Assembly (NCBI GenBank): GCA_905188085.1
Contig: CAJJKN010000003.1
Location: forward strand, 44,688-108,687
Source: an uncultured Bacillota bacterium
GTDB taxonomy: Bacteria > Bacillota > Clostridia > Christensenellales > QAND01
Reading direction: 5' to 3'
Length of the DNA stretch: 64,000 bases
Made by a program: the position numbers and the translations under genes. The notes under the pieces are model-generated. The model searched no databases. It saw only the letters and a program-made list of their open reading frames with translations, and was not told where the DNA came from. How positions within the stretch are numbered: position 1 is the stretch's first letter; each line of letters opens with the position of its first letter. This document shows, one piece after another, positions 9,887-19,217 of the stretch.

Positions 9887-10365
9887 TTATTCCGCAAGCC
9901 GGCAAAGCGTATCCCCTGCCACCCGATACATCGTCCAATCTTTCATCGGCTCTGCCCCCAGCGACAGATAAAATGCAATGCTCGGTTCATTCCAGTCCAA
10001 ATACTGCCATTCCAGCCGTCCGCAGCCGCGCTGCCTTGCCATTGAGGCAAGCTTTTTCAAAATCGCTTTGCCGTATCCTTTGCCCCTGGCTTCCGGCCTT
10101 ACATACAAATCCTCCAAATAGAGCCCAGCCCGCCCCAAAAACGTGGAAAAGTTATGAAAAAGCAGTGCAAACCCCACTTCCTTTTCCCCTTCCATTGCAA
10201 AGATCACTTCCGCTTTCTGCCGGTCAAACAGCCGGGCTTCCGGCGTCTGTTATCCGCCACAACCTGATCCGACATTTTTTCATACGCCGCCGGCTCTTTG
10301 ATAAACTGCAAAATCAAAGGAACATCCTTTCGTTCTGCGTTTCTAAAGCTCAATGCATCGTTCAT
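9887..10365 (-). pseudogene. GNAT family N-acetyltransferase carrying a single-base frameshift
   Basis: An N-terminal segment MNDALSFRNAERKDVPLILQFIKEPAAYEKMSDQVVA (ATG at 10365, RBS GGAGGAACC) runs into a stop codon. The GNAT core continues in another frame (…TPEARLFDRQKAEVIFAMEGEKEVGFALLFHNF…RGKGYGKAIL…), and the frame switch lies near 10240-10250. Confidence 0.75.
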
Positions 10366-10497
10366 TTTCGGTTCCTCCGTCTGTTTTTATCTTCCCAAAA
10401 CATCAATCGTTTTTCCCCAGTATAACAAAAAGCCCGAACAAATTGCGTTCGGGCCTTTGTATCCTTGTTATGGCTCGGCTGTTTTAAGCCGGTATCC

Positions 10498-11709
10498 TCA
10501 GTCTTCCCACAGGGGGGATTTGGCCGGGATTTCTTTGTTGTTCGGCGCAAAATGCTTCAGCATTACCAACGGTTCCACCTTGCTGTGGTTGGTAATCACA
10601 ACGCCTTCCTTGGCCGCTTTTTCCGAAACGAAGAATTCGTCGGCGCTCATCTGTCCGTAGCGCAGCATGATGGCCGCTTCGCAGTCGTGCGGGCCGAAGG
10701 TGCCGTGGCCCTGTACGGTAACGCAGCCATAGGCCGCCGCGTCTTTAATGGTCACGGTCTGGCCGGGCAGCACGGTCAATTCCTTCGCGCCTACCCACGG
10801 GTTGGCATATACGACCCATTTTTCCACAGCCCCTTCCGGTGCTTCGGTTTCGACCGGCGGACGGAAATACTTTTTGCGGTAATGCGGGTCTACATTGGCA
10901 TCCCAATCCATCAGGCTCATGATATAGTCCAGATCGTCTTTTTTGTCTTCCGGGCAGTTTTCATTCAGCGATTCAATCGCGTTTACTTCGTCGCTGGTCA
11001 CGTTTTCGTATACGCTGTTTACATCGCTGTTCCATTGCGGTTCATATGTCAATACAGAGCCCGGGGCATGCACCACACCGGCCGGAGTATACCAGCCTGT
11101 GCCCAATTCAATGCGATACGCACGGGACAGTTCGGTAATGCGGTTGTCTCTGTCTTCAAAGCATTCCAGGCACGCGCGCACTTCTTCTTTTTTCACGTCC
11201 GGGTCAAAGCCAAAATAGGTCACCGGGAATTCGCCCAGGTGGTTGTTCAGCTGCGGCGGGAAATAATACGCTTCGGGCTTGCCCAAACGGCCCACCCTGG
11301 CAGCCGCTTCGTTGTCCAGGTGCAAATGATGGAACAGCGGCACATTGTTATCAAAAAACTTGCTGTACATCGGCCATCCGCCATAGGTATCCATCAATTC
11401 CTGGCCGATGATCTCTGCGCCCATTTCCCGGATCGCGTCGCGCAGCGCCACTTTTTCAGAGCCGTCCTGGTTTAACGCAATATAGCTCAGCCCTTCGTCC
11501 GCCGCCGCGTAGGGGCCGTTGTTTGCCACAATCGTGGAGCTAAACCAGCGTTCTTTCATCGCGCCGCGTTTCATGCCCAGTGCAAAATAATCATCCGGAT
11601 GCAAACGCAGGCGATGGCCGGGCTTGGAAAAGCAGCGCGGCACAAAGTTCGGCATCATGCGAAAGATGCCCTGTCCCTGTTCAAAAGCATCCCGTACAGT
11701 TTGACTCAT
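10498..11709 (-). CDS. Conserved hypothetical protein (403 aa), third gene of a sugar-catabolic operon; possible isomerase/epimerase
   Basis: A long ORF with good coding character, transcriptionally linked to the FucI-like isomerase and FGGY kinase genes. It contains an HHLHLDNE motif. I cannot assign a family. Confidence 0.6.
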   Translation of the reverse strand: MSQTVRDAFEQGQGIFRMMPNFVPRCFSKPGHRLRLHPDDYFALGMKRGAMKERWFSSTIVANNGPYAAADEGLSYIALNQDGSEKVALRDAIREMGAEIIGQELMDTYGGWPMYSKFFDNNVPLFHHLHLDNEAAARVGRLGKPEAYYFPPQLNNHLGEFPVTYFGFDPDVKKEEVRACLECFEDRDNRITELSRAYRIELGTGWYTPAGVVHAPGSVLTYEPQWNSDVNSVYENVTSDEVNAIESLNENCPEDKKDDLDYIMSLMDWDANVDPHYRKKYFRPPVETEAPEGAVEKWVVYANPWVGAKELTVLPGQTVTIKDAAAYGCVTVQGHGTFGPHDCEAAIMLRYGQMSADEFFVSEKAAKEGVVITNHSKVEPLVMLKHFAPNNKEIPAKSPLWED

Positions 11710-11744
11710 GGTAAAATTCTCCCTTCGTTGTCTGTTTGTATTTT

Positions 11745-13229
11745 TTATAGAGAAAACGGATTTTCCCCTTCGTATAACATGCCTTTGGGCTGGTTAAATT
11801 TGGCGTCTACCCCCAGCAATTTTAACACGGAGAACAGGTTTTTGCCCGCCTTGTCAAACGCCACCACCGTATGATGCGGGAATCTGCCTTCCACCAGCAC
11901 ATGGCGGTAAAACCGGCGCATTTCCGGAATGGCAATTACGCCGATGCCGCCAAACGAGCACGGGTCTACCGGCAGCACCTCACCCTCGGCCACATAGCCT
12001 TTCAATTGGCAGCGCGCATCGCCCTGCAAGCGGAACACCGTCACTTTGGACGGTGTCAGCGCCCCTTCCAGCGTGCCGCGGGTAATCACGGGTTCACCGC
12101 CGTTTTCCAGGTTTCGGTTCATAATCAACTGATATTTCATCTCGCCGCTTACCAGGCGCTCTTTGCAGGTGTTTCCGCAATGGAAGCCCATAAACACATC
12201 GTCGCCTTTATACGAGGTCTGCTTTTCAATGCTCTTTTGATACATCTCCGCCGGCACGGTGTTGTTGATATCCAGCAGCGTTACGGATTGCCCCGTCACA
12301 CATTCCGCAATAAATTCGGACAGAGCGCCGTAAATATCCACTTCGCAGGAAACCGGAATGCCGCGGCCGGTCAATCTGGCGTTCACATAGCACGGCACAC
12401 AGCCAAAGGCCTCTTGGAACGCCGGCCAACATTTACCCGCCACCGCCACATATTCGCTGATGCCGCGGTTGTTTTCAATCCAATCCAACAACGTCAATTC
12501 ATACTGGGCCAGCTTGGGCAAAATCTCCGGCATCTTGTTGCCTTCGCCCAATTCATCTTCCATGTCCTTTACCACGTCGGCAATGCGCGGGTCGTTTTCA
12601 TGCGCCTTAAAGCTCATAAACAGATCCAATTCGCTGTTTTCCTGAATTTCCACGCCCAAATCAAACAGCGGCGCAATCGGCGCGTTGCAGGCCAAAAAGT
12701 CCGTCGGCCGCGGGCCGAAGGTGATGATCTTCAGGTTTTTCAGCCCCACCATGGCACACGCCACCGGCAAAAATTCGTCGCGAATCACTTTGGCCAGTTC
12801 GTCCGGCGTGCCCACCGGCTCTTCCGGAATAAACGCTTTCACGCCGCGCAGGCCCAAATTATAGCTGGCGTTGAGAAGCCCGCAGTAGGCGTCGCCGCGC
12901 TTGTTGGCCAGCACCGCAATGTCCTCTTCCGCCGCCGCTGCAAACATCACAGGGCCGTCAAAGCGCTGGGCCACGATGGTTTCCGGGCCTTCCGGGCCAA
13001 AGTTGCCCAGGTACATCATCAACGCATTACATTGGTTTTCTTTCAATTCCGCCAAGGCTTGTTTGGCATCCAGTTCGTTTTCCACCGTGGTTTGAATTTC
13101 CACCGCCTGTACGCCTGCGGCTTCCAACTGCTCCATCAGGGCCGCTCTGCGCGATTGAGACAACTCAATCGGAAAACAGTCCCGACTTACCGCCACAATT
13201 CCCAATTTCACTTTAGGCAGATTAATCAT
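11745..13229 (-). CDS. L-fucose/L-arabinose isomerase family protein (FucI-like)
   Basis: MINLPKVKLGIVAVSRD… resembles the FucI N-terminal PKIGIRP region. 494 aa. Confidence 0.75.
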   Translation of the reverse strand: MINLPKVKLGIVAVSRDCFPIELSQSRRAALMEQLEAAGVQAVEIQTTVENELDAKQALAELKENQCNALMMYLGNFGPEGPETIVAQRFDGPVMFAAAAEEDIAVLANKRGDAYCGLLNASYNLGLRGVKAFIPEEPVGTPDELAKVIRDEFLPVACAMVGLKNLKIITFGPRPTDFLACNAPIAPLFDLGVEIQENSELDLFMSFKAHENDPRIADVVKDMEDELGEGNKMPEILPKLAQYELTLLDWIENNRGISEYVAVAGKCWPAFQEAFGCVPCYVNARLTGRGIPVSCEVDIYGALSEFIAECVTGQSVTLLDINNTVPAEMYQKSIEKQTSYKGDDVFMGFHCGNTCKERLVSGEMKYQLIMNRNLENGGEPVITRGTLEGALTPSKVTVFRLQGDARCQLKGYVAEGEVLPVDPCSFGGIGVIAIPEMRRFYRHVLVEGRFPHHTVVAFDKAGKNLFSVLKLLGVDAKFNQPKGMLYEGENPFSL

Positions 13230-13260
13230 TTGAATTTTCCTCCTCGTAATTAGTTGTTTA

Positions 13261-14769
13261 TTATTCCAGTGCCTGCAAAGCCTGGTAAAGCTTGCAATAC
13301 CGCTGATACGGCGCTTGATATTTTTCCGCGTCTTTAGACGGTTTTGTTACATCCTGCACCTGCAAAAGTTTCATCGCGCTTGTCAGGTTTTCCCACAGCC
13401 CGCAGCCTGCGCCGGCCACCAGCGCCGCGCCGAACGCACCGCCCTCTGCCGCGCCGTAGGTCTGCAAAACCGGCAGACCGAACACATCCGCAATGATCTG
13501 CCGCCACAGCCTGCTTTTGCTGCCGCCGCCGGAAACCACAATTTCGCTCTGCGGCTTAAAACCGGGCATCTGTTCCATCAGTTCTGCCACTTGTTTGAGT
13601 GAAAACGCCACGCCCTCCAGCACGGCGCGCGCAAAATCGCCGTCGGTGTGCAGCGCCGTAATGCCCACAAACGCACCCCGGGCATCCGGATCGTTTACCG
13701 GGCAACGCTCTCCGGATAAATACGGCAAAAACAGCAGCCCATGCGCCCCCGGGCCTGCTACCTCGGCCGCCTGATCCCACAGTGCAAAGGGTGTTGTGCC
13801 CCGGCATTGCGCCTGGCGCTGCTTGTCCTGTCCAAAGGTGTTTTGAAACCAGGCCAAACTCCCCGCCGCACTAAGCGTGATGCCCGCCGCATGCCACATA
13901 CCGGGTGCGGTGTTACAAAACACCTGCAATTTTCCTTCCGGGTTCTCCATAAACGCCGGCAGCCCCGTGGCCACTACGCCGCTGGTGCCCAGCACCAGGC
14001 CCAGCCGGCCCGGCTCTGTTAAGCCCATGGCCGTGGTGGAAATCACAGCGTCTCCGCCGCCGCCTGTCACCGGCACGCCCTCCGGCAGCCCCGTCTGTTC
14101 GGCCGCCTGTTTTGTCACATAACCCCTGATTTCGGTGGATTCAATGCACCGCCCGAACAAATCTGCCGACAGACCCAGCTTTGCCAAAAGGCCCTCGTGA
14201 AATTTTCTGTTTTTTACATCAAACAGGCCCGTGCCCGAAGCATCGGATACCTCCGTTACCTGTTCGCCTGTCAGTTGATAGCCGATATAGTCTTTCGGGT
14301 TCAAAATTTTTACCGTCTTTGCAAAGTTCTCCGGCTCGTTTTCGCGCATCCAGAGAATCTTACCCCCGGTAAACCCGGTCAACATCCTGTTATTTGTCAT
14401 GCTCAGCAGGCCGTTTAGCCCACCGGCCGTCTGTGTAATTTCATCGCATTGCGCCCCGGTTCGCTGGTCGTTCCACAACAGCGCCCGGCGTACCACCCGG
14501 CCATCCCGGTCCAGCGCCACCATGCCATGCATCTGTCCGGACAGGCCAATGCCGATAATCTCTGCATTCTCCAGTTGGCTTGTCACCTTTTGAAGCGTTT
14601 CCGCCGCCGCCTGCCACCAATCCTCCGGCGCCTGCTCGTTCCAGCCCGCCTGCGGTGTATACAGCGGATAGCTGGCCAATGCGCTCGCCAGAATCTTGCC
14701 CTCCTGGTCCACCGCGATGGTCTTTGTGCCGGATGTGCCGACGTCAATCCCAATCACACATTGTTTCAT
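13261..14769 (-). CDS. FGGY-family carbohydrate kinase (xylulokinase-like)
   Basis: MKQCVIGIDVGTSGTKTIAVDQEGKIL…APEDWWQA… matches the FGGY N- and C-terminal domains. Start taken at the ATG that has GAGGTGAAGGA upstream. Confidence 0.88.
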   Translation of the reverse strand: MKQCVIGIDVGTSGTKTIAVDQEGKILASALASYPLYTPQAGWNEQAPEDWWQAAAETLQKVTSQLENAEIIGIGLSGQMHGMVALDRDGRVVRRALLWNDQRTGAQCDEITQTAGGLNGLLSMTNNRMLTGFTGGKILWMRENEPENFAKTVKILNPKDYIGYQLTGEQVTEVSDASGTGLFDVKNRKFHEGLLAKLGLSADLFGRCIESTEIRGYVTKQAAEQTGLPEGVPVTGGGGDAVISTTAMGLTEPGRLGLVLGTSGVVATGLPAFMENPEGKLQVFCNTAPGMWHAAGITLSAAGSLAWFQNTFGQDKQRQAQCRGTTPFALWDQAAEVAGPGAHGLLFLPYLSGERCPVNDPDARGAFVGITALHTDGDFARAVLEGVAFSLKQVAELMEQMPGFKPQSEIVVSGGGSKSRLWRQIIADVFGLPVLQTYGAAEGGAFGAALVAGAGCGLWENLTSAMKLLQVQDVTKPSKDAEKYQAPYQRYCKLYQALQALE

Positions 14770-15067
14770 TCCTTCACCTCGTTTGCCCCCGCTTTTCAAA
14801 AGAAACGGAGCGTTTGTTTTTCCTTCTGTTTTGTTTTTAAACAATCCCTCGCGTCCTCTTTTTCTTACGCGTTTATTGTTTTATTTATTCTATCATATTC
14901 CCCCGCGTTTTCGTGTATTGATTTCGTCCGAAACGCCTTGTAAAATCAGCCCGCTTCCTCTCAAATTTCCTTTGCTATCCAATCTTCTGCTTTAGTCAAT
15001 ATTGCTTTTCTTCCATTCACTTTCCTATCATTTTTTCTGTTGTTTATCCTCGGACGTGCGCTTTTTC

Positions 15068-15105
15068 CATAAAAAAAAGGAAGCCCTAAGGCCTCCTTTT
15101 TTCTA
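15068..15105. terminator. Bidirectional intrinsic terminator (aaaaaaaaggaagccctaaggcctcctttttt)
   Basis: A hairpin flanked by an A-run on one side and a T-run on the other, lying just downstream of the darA stop codon. Confidence 0.7.
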
Positions 15106-15110
15106 CGGAT

Positions 15111-15440
15111 TTATACCCGTTTAAATTGCTCCACATCCAAAATGAATACCGTGGCACCGCCCACCGAAACCTCTACCGGATAGGGAATGTAAAAGCCCGT
15201 TGTGTCCACCGAAGGCGCCACAGCCGATACCGTCTGTTTGCGTGCCTTGCAAACCTTTTCAATGATATCCAACACCTCTTGCAGTTTGCCTTCCTCCACG
15301 CCGATCATCACGGTCGTATTGCCCGTGCGCAAAAAGCCGCCGCTTGTGGCCAATCTCGTAGAGCGAAACCCTTCTTTTACCAGCGCATTGTTCAATTTCT
15401 GGTTATCCTCATTTTGTATAATGGCGATGACTAATTTCAT
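15111..15440 (-). CDS. darA: Cyclic-di-AMP receptor DarA/PstA (PII-like)
   Basis: MKLVIAIIQNEDNQKLNNALVKEGFRSTRLATSGGFLRTGNTT…YIPYPVEVSVGGATVFI aligns nearly residue for residue with B. subtilis DarA (YaaQ). Confidence 0.9.
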   Translation of the reverse strand: MKLVIAIIQNEDNQKLNNALVKEGFRSTRLATSGGFLRTGNTTVMIGVEEGKLQEVLDIIEKVCKARKQTVSAVAPSVDTTGFYIPYPVEVSVGGATVFILDVEQFKRV

Positions 15441-15707
15441 ATTCATTTTGCAGCCCACCTTTCAAAATTTCACGTTTTTTTGTACCTATATTATATCCCT
15501 TTCGCCGCAAAAAAGAAAATGATTTCCCCGTATTTTTGCTCGTTTCCGTTCTTTTTTCACACTTGTCAATCCCCCGCCACATATTTCACAAATTTCTATT
15601 TTTCTCTTGCTAAAATCACAATTTTCTCTTGTTTTCTTCACAAATTCTTAATATTTTCTTGATTTTTTATTCAAATAATGTCAAAATAGTAACATGAGGT
15701 GTTATGG

Positions 15708-16919
15708 ATGATAGAAACAAAGGAAAAACAAGGGGCCATCCTTTCCAGGGTAGAGGCCCGTTCCGCCAAAAAAGCACATGGGCATCACGTTCTTTCTCTG
15801 CTTGCCTGCGGTATCGCAGGGTGCTTTGTGATGGTTGCCGGCGTTTTGTTTATGCTGCGCCCCGGTGCCAACGCCGCCTTGGAAGACGGCGCAGCTGTGG
15901 GGTCGCTTGAAATCATCGACTCCGACGCCGCCGAAGCGGAAAAAGCCACGGAGCCGACAGACGGGGAATCCGTCGGTGTGGAAGCCGTGTCCGTTGCCAC
16001 AGGGCAGGTAACGCTGGCCGTCAACGGAAAGCCCATTGTCTCCCTGCCCAGCAAGCAGGATGCACAGTCTCTTTTAAACGCGCTGTTGGCCGCCGGCACG
16101 GTGGAAAACGGCAAAGCGCAGTTTGTAGATCAAGTAGAAATTATCACTTACGACAACACCACCTCCGTTTTGGGGCTGGATGAAGCGAAAGTTTTGGTAG
16201 AGTCGCAATCCCCGTTAAAGGTAAAATGCACCGTTACCAAAACAGAGGACATTCCGGTGGCGTTTCAAACCGTAAAACAAAACAGCAGCGCTTTGTATGT
16301 GGGTTCCACCAAAACAAGCACGCAGGGCGAAAACGGCGTAAATCGCAAAACCACCGTCATCACCTATCTGGACGGAAAAGAAGTTTCCCGCCAGGAAGGC
16401 AAAACGGAGGTTGTGAAAAAGCCCGTCAATCAGGTTGTGCTGGTCGGCACAAAGAAAAAGGTTACCAATACCGCTACCAAAGACAATAATAAAAATAATA
16501 ATAAGAACAACAATAACAAAACGGACAACAAAACAAACACGGTCCAGGGCACGCCTTCTTTTGCATGGCCCACCAGCGGCCGGATCAGCTCCCGCTATGG
16601 CCAGCGCGACGGCAGGCTCCATGCCGGAATAGACATCAGCAAACCCGTCGGCAGCACGGTGAAAGCCTCCGCAGGCGGCACCGTCACCCGCGCAGGCAAC
16701 GCCGGCACCTATGGCATCTTGGTGGAAATCAAGCACGGCAACGGCTGGGTTACCCGCTATGCGCACAACAGCAAAGTGCTTGTCAGGGCTGGTGATAAGG
16801 TCACCAAAGGACAGGCCATCGCCCTGTCCGGCAACACGGGGCGCAGCACCGGCCCGCATGTGCATTTTGAAATCCGCTATAACGGCAGCGCCAAAAACCC
16901 GTTGTCCTATCTGCCGTAA
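15708..16919 (+). CDS. M23 family metallopeptidase (LytM-like) with N-terminal TM segment and Asn-rich linker
   Basis: The C-terminal GRISSRYGQRDGRLHAGIDIS…HVHFEIR is the M23 HxxxD/HxH signature. Start taken at the ATG (MIETKEK) with GAGGTG 6 nt upstream. Confidence 0.9.
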   Translation: MIETKEKQGAILSRVEARSAKKAHGHHVLSLLACGIAGCFVMVAGVLFMLRPGANAALEDGAAVGSLEIIDSDAAEAEKATEPTDGESVGVEAVSVATGQVTLAVNGKPIVSLPSKQDAQSLLNALLAAGTVENGKAQFVDQVEIITYDNTTSVLGLDEAKVLVESQSPLKVKCTVTKTEDIPVAFQTVKQNSSALYVGSTKTSTQGENGVNRKTTVITYLDGKEVSRQEGKTEVVKKPVNQVVLVGTKKKVTNTATKDNNKNNNKNNNNKTDNKTNTVQGTPSFAWPTSGRISSRYGQRDGRLHAGIDISKPVGSTVKASAGGTVTRAGNAGTYGILVEIKHGNGWVTRYAHNSKVLVRAGDKVTKGQAIALSGNTGRSTGPHVHFEIRYNGSAKNPLSYLP

Positions 16920-17021
16920 TTCTTATGAAAAAAGCAGCCGCACAGGCTGTTTTTTCTTGCCCTTTTTCTCCTTCCCGCAGTATGATATTGATACACTTTC
17001 ATCGGAAACGAGGCGCCTAAT

Positions 17022-18059
17022 TTGGATTTTTCTTCCTATCATCCCTTTTTATTGGATACCCTTGTCCGCCTGCTGGGCACAGATAGCCCCAGTGGCTATA
17101 CCGCCCGCGCAATTTCCCTGGTCGAAACCATCGCGCAGCAATACGGTTTTCAAACTGCCCGCACCAACAAAGGCAATCTTATCGTCTCCCTCCCCGGGCG
17201 GCAAGACGGCCCGTCTGTCGGCGTTTGTTCCCATGTGGATACGCTGGGGCTGATGGTGCGTTCCATTCAGCAAGACGGCCAGCTGCGCTTTACCCGCGTC
17301 GGCGGCCCGCTGCTGCCCACGTTAGACGGCGCCTATTGCACGCTGTATACCCGGGAAAACAAGCAATATACCGGTACGGTTTTGTCCCTTTCCCCCGCCG
17401 CGCATGTCTTCAGCGACGCTGCCACCCGCGCCCGCGACGAGGAAAATATGGCTGTGCGCCTGGATGAAATCGTTTCCGATAAGGCCGATGTTCAAGCCCT
17501 GGGCATACAGACCGGCGATTATCTCTGTATCGACCCCAAAACCGTTGTAACGGACAGCGGCTTTGTCAAATCCCGCTTTTTGGATGATAAAGCCAGCTGC
17601 GCATGTTTGCTGACGCTGCTTCGCCTTCTGTCCGATGAAAACGCACGGCCCGTTCATCCGGTGGATCTGCTGTTCACCGTGCATGAGGAAGTCGGCCACG
17701 GCGGCGCCGCGTTTGGCGATTATGCCGAGCTGCTTGTGGTGGATATGGGGTGCGTCGGATCGGATCTTTCCTGCACCGAACAGCAGGTTTCCATCTGCGC
17801 CAAAGATTCTTCCGGCCCGTATGATTATGAAATGACCTCCCGTTTGATCGCCCTTGCCAAAGCGCACAATATCCCCTATGCCGTGGATATCTATCCCTAT
17901 TATTCTTCGGACGGTTCCGTCGCCCTCAAGGCCGGGTGCGATGCCCGCTGCGCGTTGATCGGCCCCGGCGTACACGCTTCCCACGGCATGGAGCGCACGC
18001 ATATCCAAGGGCTTTCGGCCACTTTGCAATTGCTCTGGTTTTATCTGGATTGCCAATAA
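17022..18059 (+). CDS. M42 family aminopeptidase (FrvX/YsdC-like)
   Basis: DTLVRLLGTDSPSGYTARAI… and the HVDTLG and HEEVGHGGA motifs match M42 peptidases. A TTG start is used, as in the ORF track. Confidence 0.85.
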   Translation: MDFSSYHPFLLDTLVRLLGTDSPSGYTARAISLVETIAQQYGFQTARTNKGNLIVSLPGRQDGPSVGVCSHVDTLGLMVRSIQQDGQLRFTRVGGPLLPTLDGAYCTLYTRENKQYTGTVLSLSPAAHVFSDAATRARDEENMAVRLDEIVSDKADVQALGIQTGDYLCIDPKTVVTDSGFVKSRFLDDKASCACLLTLLRLLSDENARPVHPVDLLFTVHEEVGHGGAAFGDYAELLVVDMGCVGSDLSCTEQQVSICAKDSSGPYDYEMTSRLIALAKAHNIPYAVDIYPYYSSDGSVALKAGCDARCALIGPGVHASHGMERTHIQGLSATLQLLWFYLDCQ

Positions 18060-18251
18060 CGGTTTTACAAAAGGCAGTTTTCTCCGCGCATCCGGCAAAA
18101 TACAAACCCGCCGGGTGCGTGTTTCTTTTCTCGCATCCGGCGTATTTTCGTTGTTTCCCGTTTTTTGTTGAAATTCTTTCTATATCCTGTTATTCTGTTA
18201 AAGTAACTTTTTCTTTTCCTTTTTTCTCTATTTTTGAGAGGACTCGTATTG

Positions 18252-19205
18252 ATGAAAAAAAGGCCCAGCCTGTTGTTTTGCTACGGCAGCATTGCCGTCG
18301 GCTTGTTTTTAGGTTCTCTGATGGCGCCGCTTTTGCGCTTTACCCTGGCCCATGATTGGGGGCTGCGTGTAGAAAACATTTTGTTTTATCGCATGCTGTT
18401 TGCCTCGTTGTTTTTGTGGACGTTTTGCCTTTTCTCCAAAAACACCCGGCCGCATATCAAACGCATTTTTGCAGACCGGCGCACGCTTGTGTTCCTTTCC
18501 GTCATCGGGCTGAGCCGCGCGGCGGAATTATTGTTATGGAGCGTGGCGCTGCGCGATACCAACGTGTTTGTTGTCAACATTCTGGGCAACAGCACACCTG
18601 TGTTTATCCTTTTGGGCACCTATCTTGTCTATCGGCAAAAGACCTCTTCCCGGGCGCTGATCGGCATTGCCGTCTGTATGGGTGGGCTTTGTTTAACCGG
18701 CCTTTCCGGCGGGGCCGGCGGCGCATCGCTGGAAAGTGTTTTGCAGATGACAGGTACCGCCGTTCTTCAAACGGTCTTTCTATTGCTCAGCCAACCGCTG
18801 CGCAGCGGAGACGAACCCCTGCCAGCCACGCTGATGATGGCCTTTGTCTTTTCCATCGCTGCCGTTTGTTCTCTGGGGCTTTGTGCCGTGCGCAGTGTGC
18901 CGATTGCGCCCTTCCCCTGGCAGGGGTGGGGCATGCTGGTCGCCATGACGCTGCTCTGTACCATCTATCATCAAACCGTGCCCACCTGGACATTGCAGTT
19001 CTTAAAACCGGAAAATGTTTCCATGCTCAATTTGGCAGGGCCGGTGGTGGCGGCCGTCACGGCGTTTTTCCTGTTGGGCGAAGTGCCCAATTTACAAACC
19101 GTCTGTGGTGGTATCATCGTTTTAACCGGGCTGGGCTGGTATATTCGCCAGGACGCCAAAGCCAAGCGCGCGCAAATGTCCTGCCCGCCGCAAGATCAAC
19201 AGTAA
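18252..19205 (+). CDS. EamA/DMT family transporter
   Basis: A protein with 10 predicted TM segments and duplicated EamA-like halves. Confidence 0.8.
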   Translation: MKKRPSLLFCYGSIAVGLFLGSLMAPLLRFTLAHDWGLRVENILFYRMLFASLFLWTFCLFSKNTRPHIKRIFADRRTLVFLSVIGLSRAAELLLWSVALRDTNVFVVNILGNSTPVFILLGTYLVYRQKTSSRALIGIAVCMGGLCLTGLSGGAGGASLESVLQMTGTAVLQTVFLLLSQPLRSGDEPLPATLMMAFVFSIAAVCSLGLCAVRSVPIAPFPWQGWGMLVAMTLLCTIYHQTVPTWTLQFLKPENVSMLNLAGPVVAAVTAFFLLGEVPNLQTVCGGIIVLTGLGWYIRQDAKAKRAQMSCPPQDQQ

Positions 19206-19217
19206 GGAGGATTCTCT

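Noticed and set aside
11871-13253. 460-aa plus-strand ORF
   Set aside because: It is antisense to the FucI-like isomerase gene.
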